In this document: piece after piece, positions 35,063 through 42,709 of the stretch
How positions within the stretch are numbered: position 1 is the first letter of the stretch
Layout of the letters: the number at the start of each line of letters is the position of its first letter
Assembly: GCA_017992305.1 (NCBI GenBank)
Contig: JAGOOX010000002.1
Coordinates: 1-42,709, forward strand
Origin: Minisyncoccota bacterium
Lineage (GTDB): Bacteria; Patescibacteriota; Minisyncoccia; Phycocordibacterales; UBA9973
Direction of reading: 5' to 3'
Length of the DNA: 42,709 nucleotides
Program-made: the position numbers and the translations under genes
Notes under the pieces: generated by a model
Databases searched by the model: none
The model's input: only the letters and a program-made list of their open reading frames with translations
What the model was told of the DNA's origin: nothing

Positions 35063-37129
35063 ATGGCAAAGGAAGAAACTAAAAAAGCAAAGTACGGTGC
35101 TGATGAAATTAGCGTTCTAGAGGGCCTAGAACCAGTCAGAAGGCGCCCTGGTATGTACATTGGTGGTACTGGTCTTGAGGGCCTGCACCACCTAATATGG
35201 GAGATTTTTGACAACTCACGCGACGAAGCGATGGGTGGTTTTTGTAACCACATCGAAGTTGCGCTACTACCAAACAATCGTATTCGCGTAGTTGATAATG
35301 GTCGTGGTATACCAGTTGACGTGCATTCAAAAACCAAGGTTTCAGCGCTTGAAACTGTTATGACAGTGCTCCACGCCGGTGGTAAATTCGGTGGTGATGA
35401 GTCAGGTTATAAAGTTTCAGGTGGCTTGCACGGTGTGGGCGCATCAGTTGTTAATGCTTTGTCTACTTATACTCGTGCCGAGGTACACCGCGATGGTGGC
35501 CGCTATGTGCAGGAATATTCACAAGGTAAAGTCAAAGCCGCTGTTAAAAAAATTGGTAAATCTGACGACCACGGTACAATCATAACCTTCCAAGCCGACC
35601 CTGAAATTTTCAAAGAAATTAAATTTGATTTTAATTTAATAAAGCACCGTCTAGAACAGCAGGCTTATTTGGTTAACAATTTGCGCATTCATATTATTGA
35701 TGCGCGTGATCATGAAGGTAAAATTGATGACACCGACACATACTGGATCGAAGACCTAAATTTAAACAGCCCTAATGTAACTTATTATTTTGAAGGTGGT
35801 ATTGTTTCGCTTGTTCGCCAATATACAAAACTACACAAACGGGTGACTGATACAACCTTTTATGTATCCAAAGAAATTGACGACGTTGGTACCGAAATCG
35901 CATTTGATTACATCGACGACATCGGTACAAAAATTGTGCCTTTCGCAAACAACATTAATACACCCGAGGGTGGTACACACGTTGTTGGTTTTAAAACCGC
36001 ATTAACGCGTGTTATCAATGCTTATGCTAAAAAGAATAATTTAATCAAAGAAGCTGAGGGTGGATTTACGGGTGATGACGTTTTAGAGGGTCTAGTTGCC
36101 GTTATTTCAGTTAAATTGCGCGAAATTCAATTCGAAGGTCAAACTAAAATGAAGCTTGGCTCAACCGAGGCTCAGAGTGCCGTTGCCAAAGTCTTTGGCG
36201 ATGCATTATCAACATTCTTTGAGGAAAACCCTGACACTGCTAAATCAATCATTAACAAGGCCATGGTCGCCCTACGTGCTCGCAAGGCCGCCAAAGCAGC
36301 CAAAGACTCAATTTTGCGTAAAAGCGCACTAGAAGGCATGACATTGCCTGGTAAATTGGCTGACTGTCAAAGCAAATCAGCCGCTGAATCTGAACTATTT
36401 ATTGTAGAGGGAGACTCTGCGGGTGGTACAGCCAAAGCAGGTCGCGATCGTAAAACTCAGGCCATATTGCCATTGCGAGGTAAAATTTTAAACGTTGAAC
36501 GCGCACGATTGGACAAATTGCTACAATCTGAACAAGTTAAAAATTTGGTTATTGCACTTGGTACTTCTATTGGTGAAACTTTTGATGCTGAAAAAATTCG
36601 CTACCACAAAATAATCATTGCAACCGATGCCGACGTTGACGGTGCGCACATTCGTACACTTATTTTGACATTATTCTATCGCTACTTCCCACAAATTATT
36701 GATGCTGGTTATGTTTATATTGCTCAACCACCACTTTATAAAATCAAGCGTGGTAAAGAACTGCACTACGCCTTTACCGATGAAGAAAAAGTAGCAATTG
36801 TAGGCGATGAAGATTTGGTAGAAAGTAATGATTCAGAGGGTGCTGATGAGGAAGCTGTCGAAGAAACTGATGCCGAAGAGGCGACATCTAAAACCGCTTC
36901 TAAAAAGCCTGCTAAATGGCACATACAACGCTACAAAGGTTTGGGTGAAATGAACGCCGATGAATTAAAAGAAACTACAATGGATGCTACAAAACGCGTA
37001 CTAAAACAAGTAAGTATTCATGATGCCGAAGAAGCCAACCATGTGTTTGATATGCTAATGGGTAGCGATGTTGCCCCTCGCAAATCATTCATTCAGTCAT
37101 ACGCCAAAGAGGCGAATATTGATATATAA
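35063..37129 (+). CDS. gyrB: DNA gyrase subunit B
   Basis: 688 aa. GHKL ATPase (LEGLHHLIWEIFDNSRDE, GLHGVGASVVNALS), Toprim (EGDSAGG...DADVDGAHI), QRYKGLGEMN tail. Confidence 0.95.
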   Translation: MAKEETKKAKYGADEISVLEGLEPVRRRPGMYIGGTGLEGLHHLIWEIFDNSRDEAMGGFCNHIEVALLPNNRIRVVDNGRGIPVDVHSKTKVSALETVMTVLHAGGKFGGDESGYKVSGGLHGVGASVVNALSTYTRAEVHRDGGRYVQEYSQGKVKAAVKKIGKSDDHGTIITFQADPEIFKEIKFDFNLIKHRLEQQAYLVNNLRIHIIDARDHEGKIDDTDTYWIEDLNLNSPNVTYYFEGGIVSLVRQYTKLHKRVTDTTFYVSKEIDDVGTEIAFDYIDDIGTKIVPFANNINTPEGGTHVVGFKTALTRVINAYAKKNNLIKEAEGGFTGDDVLEGLVAVISVKLREIQFEGQTKMKLGSTEAQSAVAKVFGDALSTFFEENPDTAKSIINKAMVALRARKAAKAAKDSILRKSALEGMTLPGKLADCQSKSAAESELFIVEGDSAGGTAKAGRDRKTQAILPLRGKILNVERARLDKLLQSEQVKNLVIALGTSIGETFDAEKIRYHKIIIATDADVDGAHIRTLILTLFYRYFPQIIDAGYVYIAQPPLYKIKRGKELHYAFTDEEKVAIVGDEDLVESNDSEGADEEAVEETDAEEATSKTASKKPAKWHIQRYKGLGEMNADELKETTMDATKRVLKQVSIHDAEEANHVFDMLMGSDVAPRKSFIQSYAKEANIDI

Positions 37130-37153
37130 AAAAAGCCCCTCTCGGGGCTTTTT
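37128..37153. terminator. bidirectional intrinsic terminator after gyrB
   Basis: AAAAAAA-GCCCC-TCTC-GGGGC-TTTTT. Confidence 0.8.
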
Positions 37154-37375
37154 CAGAAAAAATCTTTATCAGACATCTGCGACTCTTTCGAATCAAAAAA
37201 TAATCTCTTGTTGTCGAATTTTTCTAGAGAATTAATAAAAATTTTCAATGAAACAATGGTTACGGTAAATACTACTTCATACATAAATTAAAAGTTTAAA
37301 TTACCTTATCAGTAAAATGAATTTTGAGCAAATAAAAATGTCTAGGTTATATCTAGACATTTTTATTTGGTTTTG

Positions 37376-37579
37376 CTACTTTAACTCTTTCTTAATCATT
37401 TCCTTTAGGTCGGTAATGTGGGTTTTCTTCTCTTTGGCTAGGTTTGCCCAATATTTTTTAAGTGTTGGGTTTGTTTTAGCGTCTTTTACGTATTGGTTTT
37501 CTAGGCGCCAAAGTGACTTTTGTTCTTGGGTCAATTGGTGCATCATGTTGTATAAATTATTATCTTTCATATACATCAA
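37376..37579 (-). CDS. hypothetical 67-aa helical protein
   Basis: Clean Lys/Glu-rich helical sequence, followed on the minus strand by terminator AAAATGTCTAG-ATATAAC-CTAGACATTTT (37333-37365). Preferred over the overlapping plus-strand 174-aa ORF. Confidence 0.5.
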   Translation of the reverse strand: MMYMKDNNLYNMMHQLTQEQKSLWRLENQYVKDAKTNPTLKKYWANLAKEKKTHITDLKEMIKKELK

Positions 37580-37671
37580 TTATAGCACTAGGTTAGGGGA
37601 TTTTATGTTGATAAATAAGGTTAAAACATATATTGACTGTACTTGTTATATATGCTATAATATACACAGAT

Positions 37672-37824
37672 ATGGAAACTTTTTGGAACGTACTTTTAGC
37701 GCTTGTGGCATTCTGTGTTGGTTTACCACTTGCTATATATATCCTGGTAAAAGCAGGAAAAGTCGTAAGATTCGTTCTTATGATGGCTGTAATTATAACA
37801 CTATTGGCTTGGCTTTTAAGCTGA
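37672..37824 (+). CDS. 50-aa two-TM micro-protein, probably leaderless
   Basis: METFWNVLLALVAFCVGLPLAIYILVKAGKVVRFVLMMAVIITLLAWLLS. Extended -10 TGCTATAAT at 37653-37661, 11 nt before the ATG. Hairpin terminator follows. Confidence 0.4.
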   Translation: METFWNVLLALVAFCVGLPLAIYILVKAGKVVRFVLMMAVIITLLAWLLS

Positions 37825-37839
37825 GCATCCCTCATAAAT

Positions 37840-37873
37840 AAAACGTCCCGCATTGATTGCAGGACGTTTTTTT
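37840..37873. terminator. bidirectional terminator shared with thrS
   Basis: ACGTCC-CGCATTGATTGCA-GGACGT with inner GCA/TGC pairing, then TTTTTT. Overlaps the thrS stop. Confidence 0.7.
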
Positions 37874-39632
37874 AATTGTTTATTCTGTCTTTAATTTCAT
37901 TTTGAATGCGTTCCATGAATTGTTCTATAGTTCTGCCTTCAATTTTTTCATCATGGCGGCCTTCGATGGTTAAAGTGTTTGAATCTTTTTCTTTGTCGCC
38001 AATAATTATTTGGTAGGGGATTTTTTGCATTTTAGTATTGCGAATTCTTTTACCCAACGAATCATCGGCTACTAATTGTGCGCGAATACCTGCATTGCGC
38101 AAATCTTCAAAAACTTGTTTGGCATAGTCGCCATGGTGTTCGTTTGAAACAGGTAATACGGCAACTTGAACAGGCGATAGCCATACAGGGAATGCTCCTG
38201 CATAGTGTTCGATCATAACGCCCATAAATCGTTCAAGTGAACCCGAAATTGCACGATGAATTACAACAGGGCGCTCTTTTTCGCCTTTTTGATTTACAAA
38301 TGAAAGGTCAAAACGTTCTGGTAAATTAAAGTCACATTGAATCGTCGCTAATTGCCACTCTCGACCAATTGCGTCTTTGAACATGAAGTCTAGTTTTGGT
38401 CCGTAAAAAGTAGCTTCACCTTCTACTCTTGTGTAATTCAGGCCATTAGCTGTAGCTGCTTTTTCCAAAGCACCTTCAGACATGTTCCAAACTTCATCAC
38501 TACCTAAATATTTGTCCTTGTTTTCGTCTCTCACTGATAGTGAAACCCAGTATCCATCCATCATGCTAAATGTTGTATAGAATTCTTTTATAATTCCAAC
38601 AATTGTAGAAACTTCAGCTTCAATTTGGTCCTTAGAACAAAATAGGTGACCATCGTCTTGGGTGATAGAGCGTACTCGTGTTAATCCGCTTAATTGTCCA
38701 GATTTTTCATCGCGATATACTGTTGCGGGTTCAAAATAGCGCACAGGCATATCACGGTATGAGAATTGATTATCAGCAAAAATTTGCATGTGGTGAGGGC
38801 AATTCATTGGCTTCATTATAAACTTCTCTTCTTTGCCTTGAACCCTAAAAAGTTCGTCGCCAAATTTTGCAGCGTGACCAGACATTTCATAAAGTGCTTC
38901 TTTGGCAATATGTGGTGTCCATACACGAGAATAACCTTTGTCTTTGTGTAAATCCCAAAGGTAATCTTCAATAGCTTTTCTTATAATCATTCCACGTGGT
39001 TGAATAAGGGGAAGACCGGCTCCAACTAAATTAGATGTTGTAAAAAGTTTAAGTTGAGCACCTAGTATACGATGATCACGTTTTCGAGCTTCCTCCATCA
39101 TTGTTTCGTAGGCAATTAATGCTTCCTTACTCTCAAATGCCAAACCGTAAACACGAGTTAGCATTTTGTTTTTCTCGTCACCACGCCAATATGCACCAGC
39201 GATTTTGTCTAGTTTCCAACCACCCATGTCTATGTCTTTAAAACTTTCGACGTGGCCACCTCGACATAGGTCGGTAAATTCGCCCGATGTATACAAAGAA
39301 ATTTCTTCGCCTTTTTCTAGTACACCATCTATTAGTTCGTGTTTGTATTCATTGTTACTGAATTTGTTTTTAGCAATATCAGCCGAAACGACCTCTTTTT
39401 CAAAACCTGCCCAAGTTTTGGCGATTTGGCGCATTTTTTGTTCGATTTTTATAATGTCTTTTTCGTTCACTGTCTCGGCAATGTCGGCATCATAGTAAAA
39501 GCCGTTATCAATAGCGGGTCCAAGCGTCAATTTGGCCGTAGGGTATAACTCTAAAATCGCCGCGCCTAGTAGGTGGGCTAATGAGTGCCTAATGTGGGCC
39601 AATTGTATTTGCTTGTTTTCATTTTCGTTCAT
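37872..39632 (-). CDS. thrS: threonine-tRNA ligase lacking the N-terminal TGS domain
   Basis: 586 aa. Starts directly in the editing domain (IRHSLAHLLGAA = HxxxH). Class II core (FRVQGKEEKFIMKPMNCPHH, YRDEKSG...GLTRVRSITQDDGH) and anticodon-binding C-terminus. Confidence 0.95.
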   Translation of the reverse strand: MNENENKQIQLAHIRHSLAHLLGAAILELYPTAKLTLGPAIDNGFYYDADIAETVNEKDIIKIEQKMRQIAKTWAGFEKEVVSADIAKNKFSNNEYKHELIDGVLEKGEEISLYTSGEFTDLCRGGHVESFKDIDMGGWKLDKIAGAYWRGDEKNKMLTRVYGLAFESKEALIAYETMMEEARKRDHRILGAQLKLFTTSNLVGAGLPLIQPRGMIIRKAIEDYLWDLHKDKGYSRVWTPHIAKEALYEMSGHAAKFGDELFRVQGKEEKFIMKPMNCPHHMQIFADNQFSYRDMPVRYFEPATVYRDEKSGQLSGLTRVRSITQDDGHLFCSKDQIEAEVSTIVGIIKEFYTTFSMMDGYWVSLSVRDENKDKYLGSDEVWNMSEGALEKAATANGLNYTRVEGEATFYGPKLDFMFKDAIGREWQLATIQCDFNLPERFDLSFVNQKGEKERPVVIHRAISGSLERFMGVMIEHYAGAFPVWLSPVQVAVLPVSNEHHGDYAKQVFEDLRNAGIRAQLVADDSLGKRIRNTKMQKIPYQIIIGDKEKDSNTLTIEGRHDEKIEGRTIEQFMERIQNEIKDRINN

Positions 39633-39733
39633 AATCCAAACATTTTAACACAAAAACCTTATTTTTTACAGTTTTTTGTAGAGCATTGTTTTTTTATAAA
39701 TTTATGGTATTGTGTGTTAGGAGAGTAATTTAT

Positions 39734-40432
39734 ATGAAACAGAAAATAAGTTGGGAGGATTTTGTAAAAAATTACTCCTTTCAAAACGACCATGCGCACG
39801 TTAGTGCAGTTATTTGTAAGGGTCAAATTAATATTGATCCAATTCTACTATGCGAAAATAGCGAAATTCGTAATAGAACCTCTAGAAAGTTCCCCGGTAC
39901 TGGTTTTGATAAAACTTTACTTAATGAAAATCTTGCCCATGTGCTTGCTGCAAATATTGAAACCGAATTGCAAGCCCTTGGTTTTAATAAATCTCAGTAT
40001 GCTAATGTTATTGATTTTTATAAAAAAGAAGACGAGCGTATTTTTTCAGACTCAGGTGTTTTTTTTGAAGATGAACACTTGTATCTTTTTAAAAAAACTT
40101 TAGTTTTGGGGGTTTTAAAAAAGACTGGGCTTTTAATTGAACCAGACGATGAGCCATTTTATATAGATCGTGGCGAGAATGACAAAGACGATTTTGATTT
40201 CAGCATATATCGATTATTTTTTGGTATAAAATCTTACCAAACTGCACCAAACCCTAAAAATAATAAAAAATTTGAGGGTTTGTATAGGCATAGCGTTAAG
40301 TATTTGCATGCAAATGAATATAAAAATATTTATGATGCAATCAAATCTGGATCAAAAATTAAAAGAAGTCTGTCTGAAAAGTTGACAAGTACCTACAGGT
40401 TGCCATTGGTTGCTTATCTGGAAAAGCGGTAA
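39734..40432 (+). CDS. hypothetical 232-aa protein (AGGAGA SD before ATG 39734; the track start 39686 is probably too early)
   Basis: ORF with an SD and a downstream hairpin (GGTAAAAATTC...GAATTTTTACC at about 40429-40456). No motif recognised. Confidence 0.6.
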   Translation: MKQKISWEDFVKNYSFQNDHAHVSAVICKGQINIDPILLCENSEIRNRTSRKFPGTGFDKTLLNENLAHVLAANIETELQALGFNKSQYANVIDFYKKEDERIFSDSGVFFEDEHLYLFKKTLVLGVLKKTGLLIEPDDEPFYIDRGENDKDDFDFSIYRLFFGIKSYQTAPNPKNNKKFEGLYRHSVKYLHANEYKNIYDAIKSGSKIKRSLSEKLTSTYRLPLVAYLEKR

Positions 40433-40526
40433 AAATTCATTAGAATTTTTACCGCTTTATTTTTTGTCTAATATTGTACTGGTTAAATTTGCAAAAAAAC
40501 TATAAATAAGGTATAAATGATGTTAT

Positions 40527-40733
40527 ATGACAGTTCGAATGAGACATACACGGGCGCACACGGCTAATCGTCGTTCACACCACGCCCTTAAAAAGCAAGC
40601 AATCACAATTGATGCTGATTCAGGGGCAACACATTTGCGCCACCGAGCATCTACAACAACTGGCTTGTACCGAGGAAAGAAGGTAATAGATGTTGTTAAA
40701 AAAGCTGAGAAAAAATTAAAAGCTAGCAAGTAG
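40527..40733 (+). CDS. rpmF: ribosomal protein L32-like (Cys-less form)
   Basis: MTVRMRHTRAHTANRRSHHALK N-terminus, typical of bL32. 68 aa. Confidence 0.75.
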   Translation: MTVRMRHTRAHTANRRSHHALKKQAITIDADSGATHLRHRASTTTGLYRGKKVIDVVKKAEKKLKASK

Positions 40734-40763
40734 TACTTACAAATCATTTAATAAATATATCGT

Positions 40764-41657
40764 ATGGCAAACAGGCATTTAGCTCGAACAATTGTACTCC
40801 AATCACTTTTTGAATGGGACTTTGGTGGCATGACACCAGGGGCTTATGTTGATATTTTAAAGCGTAACACTGCCGAATTTGCCCCCGATATTATTAAAGA
40901 AGATTTTGCCGAAAGACTTATAGAAGGGGTCGTTCGCAAGCAACCGGTAATTGATCAAATCATAGGCAAAGCTGCGCCCGAATGGCCAGTTGAAAAAATC
41001 GGCCTACCTGATAGAAATGTTTTACGTATCGGTCTTTACGAACTACTCTTTGGTAATCGCGACGAAGTTCCACCCAAAGTTGCAATTAACGAGGCTATTG
41101 AATTAGCCAAGAAATTTGGAGGCGACAACACTGGCCGTTTTGTTAACGGTGTATTAGGTGCGGTTTACAAAGAGCTTGGTGAGCCCGACAAAGACCAAAT
41201 CTCTAAAAAGAAGACCTTACCAATTGATGAATCAAAGCTGCCTGTCGAGAAAAAGGCCGGAGCTGTGATTTACTCAAACAAAGACAATATAATTCGCCTT
41301 GCATTTGTGCATGACGTGTTTGGCTACTGGACCTTGTCAAAAGGCGGTATATCAAATGACGAAGACGAACAACAGGGTGTTGTGCGTGAAATCAAAGACG
41401 AATTAGGTATCGATGTTAAAGTTATTGAAAAACTTGGCGAAAATTCATACATTGCCTCACACCCTGAAAAGGGCAAGATCAAGAAAAACGTAATCTTGTT
41501 TTTGGTAGAAGCTAACTATGGCGAACTAACACTTGAATCAAGCGGGGGCCTAGACGGTGCCGAATGGTTTGAATTACACGAAATACCTAACCTTAAAATG
41601 TACGATGATATCGTGCCTATGATAACCAAGGCTATATCTATCATTACCTCACAATAA
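40764..41657 (+). CDS. nusB: NusB antitermination factor fused to a C-terminal Nudix hydrolase domain
   Basis: aa 1-~140 are NusB-like (RTIVLQSLFEWDF...VAINEAIELAKKFG...FVNGVLG). The C-terminal domain has a complete Nudix box GGISNDEDEQQGVVREIKDELGI (Gx5Ex7REUxEExGU). Confidence 0.85.
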   Translation: MANRHLARTIVLQSLFEWDFGGMTPGAYVDILKRNTAEFAPDIIKEDFAERLIEGVVRKQPVIDQIIGKAAPEWPVEKIGLPDRNVLRIGLYELLFGNRDEVPPKVAINEAIELAKKFGGDNTGRFVNGVLGAVYKELGEPDKDQISKKKTLPIDESKLPVEKKAGAVIYSNKDNIIRLAFVHDVFGYWTLSKGGISNDEDEQQGVVREIKDELGIDVKVIEKLGENSYIASHPEKGKIKKNVILFLVEANYGELTLESSGGLDGAEWFELHEIPNLKMYDDIVPMITKAISIITSQ

Positions 41658-41711
41658 GGTACTAATAATAAAAACCTTACAAATACTTTTACTCTGTAAA
41701 CTATATAAAAT

Positions 41712-42410
41712 ATGACAATAGACTTTTCTGCCTTTGAAAAACAACTAGGTGTAAAATTTAAAAACAAAGATTTGCTAACCCAGGCCTTTACTCATCGATC
41801 TTATGTAAACGAAAATTCAAATTTAGCCCATGGTCACAACGAAAGACTTGAATTTCTAGGTGATGCCGTATTGGAATTAATTGTAACTGATTATTTATAC
41901 GAAAATTACCCTAGTCAAAACGAGGGTGAATTGACCGCTTATCGATCGGCACTTGTTAACGCTGTTATTATTGCCGATGTCGCAATTGAAATTAATATGA
42001 ATGATTTTTTGCTACTTTCAAAAGGCGAGGCCAAGGATTTGGGTAAAGCTCGCATGTATATACTAGCCAATACCTATGAAGCCTTTTTGGGTGCATTGTA
42101 CCTGGACCAAGGCTACGAAATAGCACGTGATTTTGTACTAGAAACACTTGTGCCAAAAATTACTAAAATTATTAAAAAGAAGTTATACCGTGATGGTAAA
42201 AGTTTAATACAAGAAAAATCCCAAGAAATTGTGGGTGTTACACCATCATACAAGGTAATATCGGCAACTGGGCCCGACCATGACAAGCAATTCGTTATTG
42301 GTGTATATATTCGTGATGAAAAAATTGCCGAAGGCCGTGGCAAATCTAAACAAGAAGCCGAACAAAACGCCGCTAGGGAAGCCTTGGAGGTAAAAGGCTG
42401 GTTAGATTAA
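41712..42410 (+). CDS. rnc: ribonuclease III
   Basis: Signature NERLEFLGDAVLEL and a C-terminal dsRBD (...GRGKSKQEAEQNAAREAL). Confidence 0.9.
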   Translation: MTIDFSAFEKQLGVKFKNKDLLTQAFTHRSYVNENSNLAHGHNERLEFLGDAVLELIVTDYLYENYPSQNEGELTAYRSALVNAVIIADVAIEINMNDFLLLSKGEAKDLGKARMYILANTYEAFLGALYLDQGYEIARDFVLETLVPKITKIIKKKLYRDGKSLIQEKSQEIVGVTPSYKVISATGPDHDKQFVIGVYIRDEKIAEGRGKSKQEAEQNAAREALEVKGWLD

Positions 42411-42497
42411 AAAATAGAAGCTTTGCTGTAATTTATAGCAAGGCTTTTATTTTTTACCTTGATAAAGTTCCACTCTAACGATACAATATACATATAT

Positions 42498-42709
42498 ATG
42501 CAACTAAAAAGCTTAGAGTTAAGCGGTTTTAAATCATTTGCGAAAAAGCATTCGCTTGATTTTCGTTCGCCTGTTACAGCTGTGGTTGGGCCCAACGGTT
42601 CGGGTAAATCTAATGTTGTCGAAGCTATTCGTTTCGTTTTGGGCGAACAGTCAAACAAATCTATGCGGTCCAAGGCCGGCGCTGATTTAATATTCAAGGG
42701 CTCTAAGAA
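42498..42709 (+). CDS. smc: chromosome segregation protein SMC, N-terminal fragment (runs off the window)
   Basis: MQLKSLELSGFKSFAKK...VVGPNGSGKSNVVEAIRFVLGEQS (Walker A). Open to the window end. Not in the ORF track because there is no stop. Confidence 0.85.
   Translation, partial: MQLKSLELSGFKSFAKKHSLDFRSPVTAVVGPNGSGKSNVVEAIRFVLGEQSNKSMRSKAGADLIFKGSK

Noticed and set aside
34981-35337. 118-aa and 64-aa minus-strand ORFs over the gyrB start
   Set aside because: Antisense to the highly conserved GyrB N-terminal ATPase region. No independent signals.
37317-37841. 174-aa plus-strand ORF
   Set aside because: Cys/Phe/Tyr/Trp-rich nonsense-like sequence. It reads straight through a terminator hairpin (37333-37365) and overlaps two better-supported small genes (37376-37579 minus, 37672-37824 plus).
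39633-39733. T-box or other leader upstream of thrS (and 33673-33823 upstream of pheS)
   Set aside because: The intergenic regions are too short for a ~200-nt T-box and are AT-rich, with no specifier or antiterminator-like helices.
42407-42697. 96-aa minus-strand ORF at the right edge
   Set aside because: Antisense to the unmistakable SMC N-terminus (Walker A GPNGSGKSN), which the ORF track missed only because it has no stop in the window.

Overview
Low-GC bacterial chromosome segment. Gene content suggests a Candidate Phyla Radiation (Patescibacteria)-type organism. This is an inference from a secretin-less type IV pilus locus with four tandem 'FTLIELLVVIAIIGILA...LASLNSARSKG' pilins, a GIY-YIG ORF sitting on a tRNA, domain-fused or trimmed housekeeping genes, and ordinary stop-codon usage. 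The window has two parts. (1) About 1-10.6 kb is an accessory, mobile-looking island. It holds a GC-rich ORF tail, a small helical ORF, and a ~210-nt nested-inverted-repeat element. A type III R-M operon (mod-res) follows, extended by a translationally coupled 3-TM protein and a Pro/Lys micro-ORF. That operon collides head-on (5 nt between stops, no terminator) with a tightly overlapping five-gene minus-strand operon: a ParB-fused MTase, a second beta-class MTase, an HTH/terminase-small-like protein, a 66-aa protein and a 496-aa protein with no motif I recognise. A 256-aa orphan follows. No integrase or transposase is present in the window. (2) About 10.6-42.7 kb is core genome: a YceI-like protein, an orphan multi-TM GAF histidine kinase, comF, and a complete pilus locus (pilM-N-O-(P)-B-T-C, 4 pilins, pilD, 4 minor pilins). 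Then come ligA, gatC-gatA and a membrane protein with a HEPN-like motif. Three minus-strand tRNAs sit in a patch of tRNA-fragment duplications and terminator modules. After that are a LysE-like exporter, a PheRS with monomeric (mitochondrial-type) architecture, gyrB, a TGS-less thrS, rpmF, a NusB-Nudix fusion, rnc and the start of smc. No rRNA, CRISPR array or transposase was seen. The best candidates for something undescribed are the unknown genes wedged between the type III R-M and the methyltransferase operon (4920-7543) and the structured element upstream of mod.
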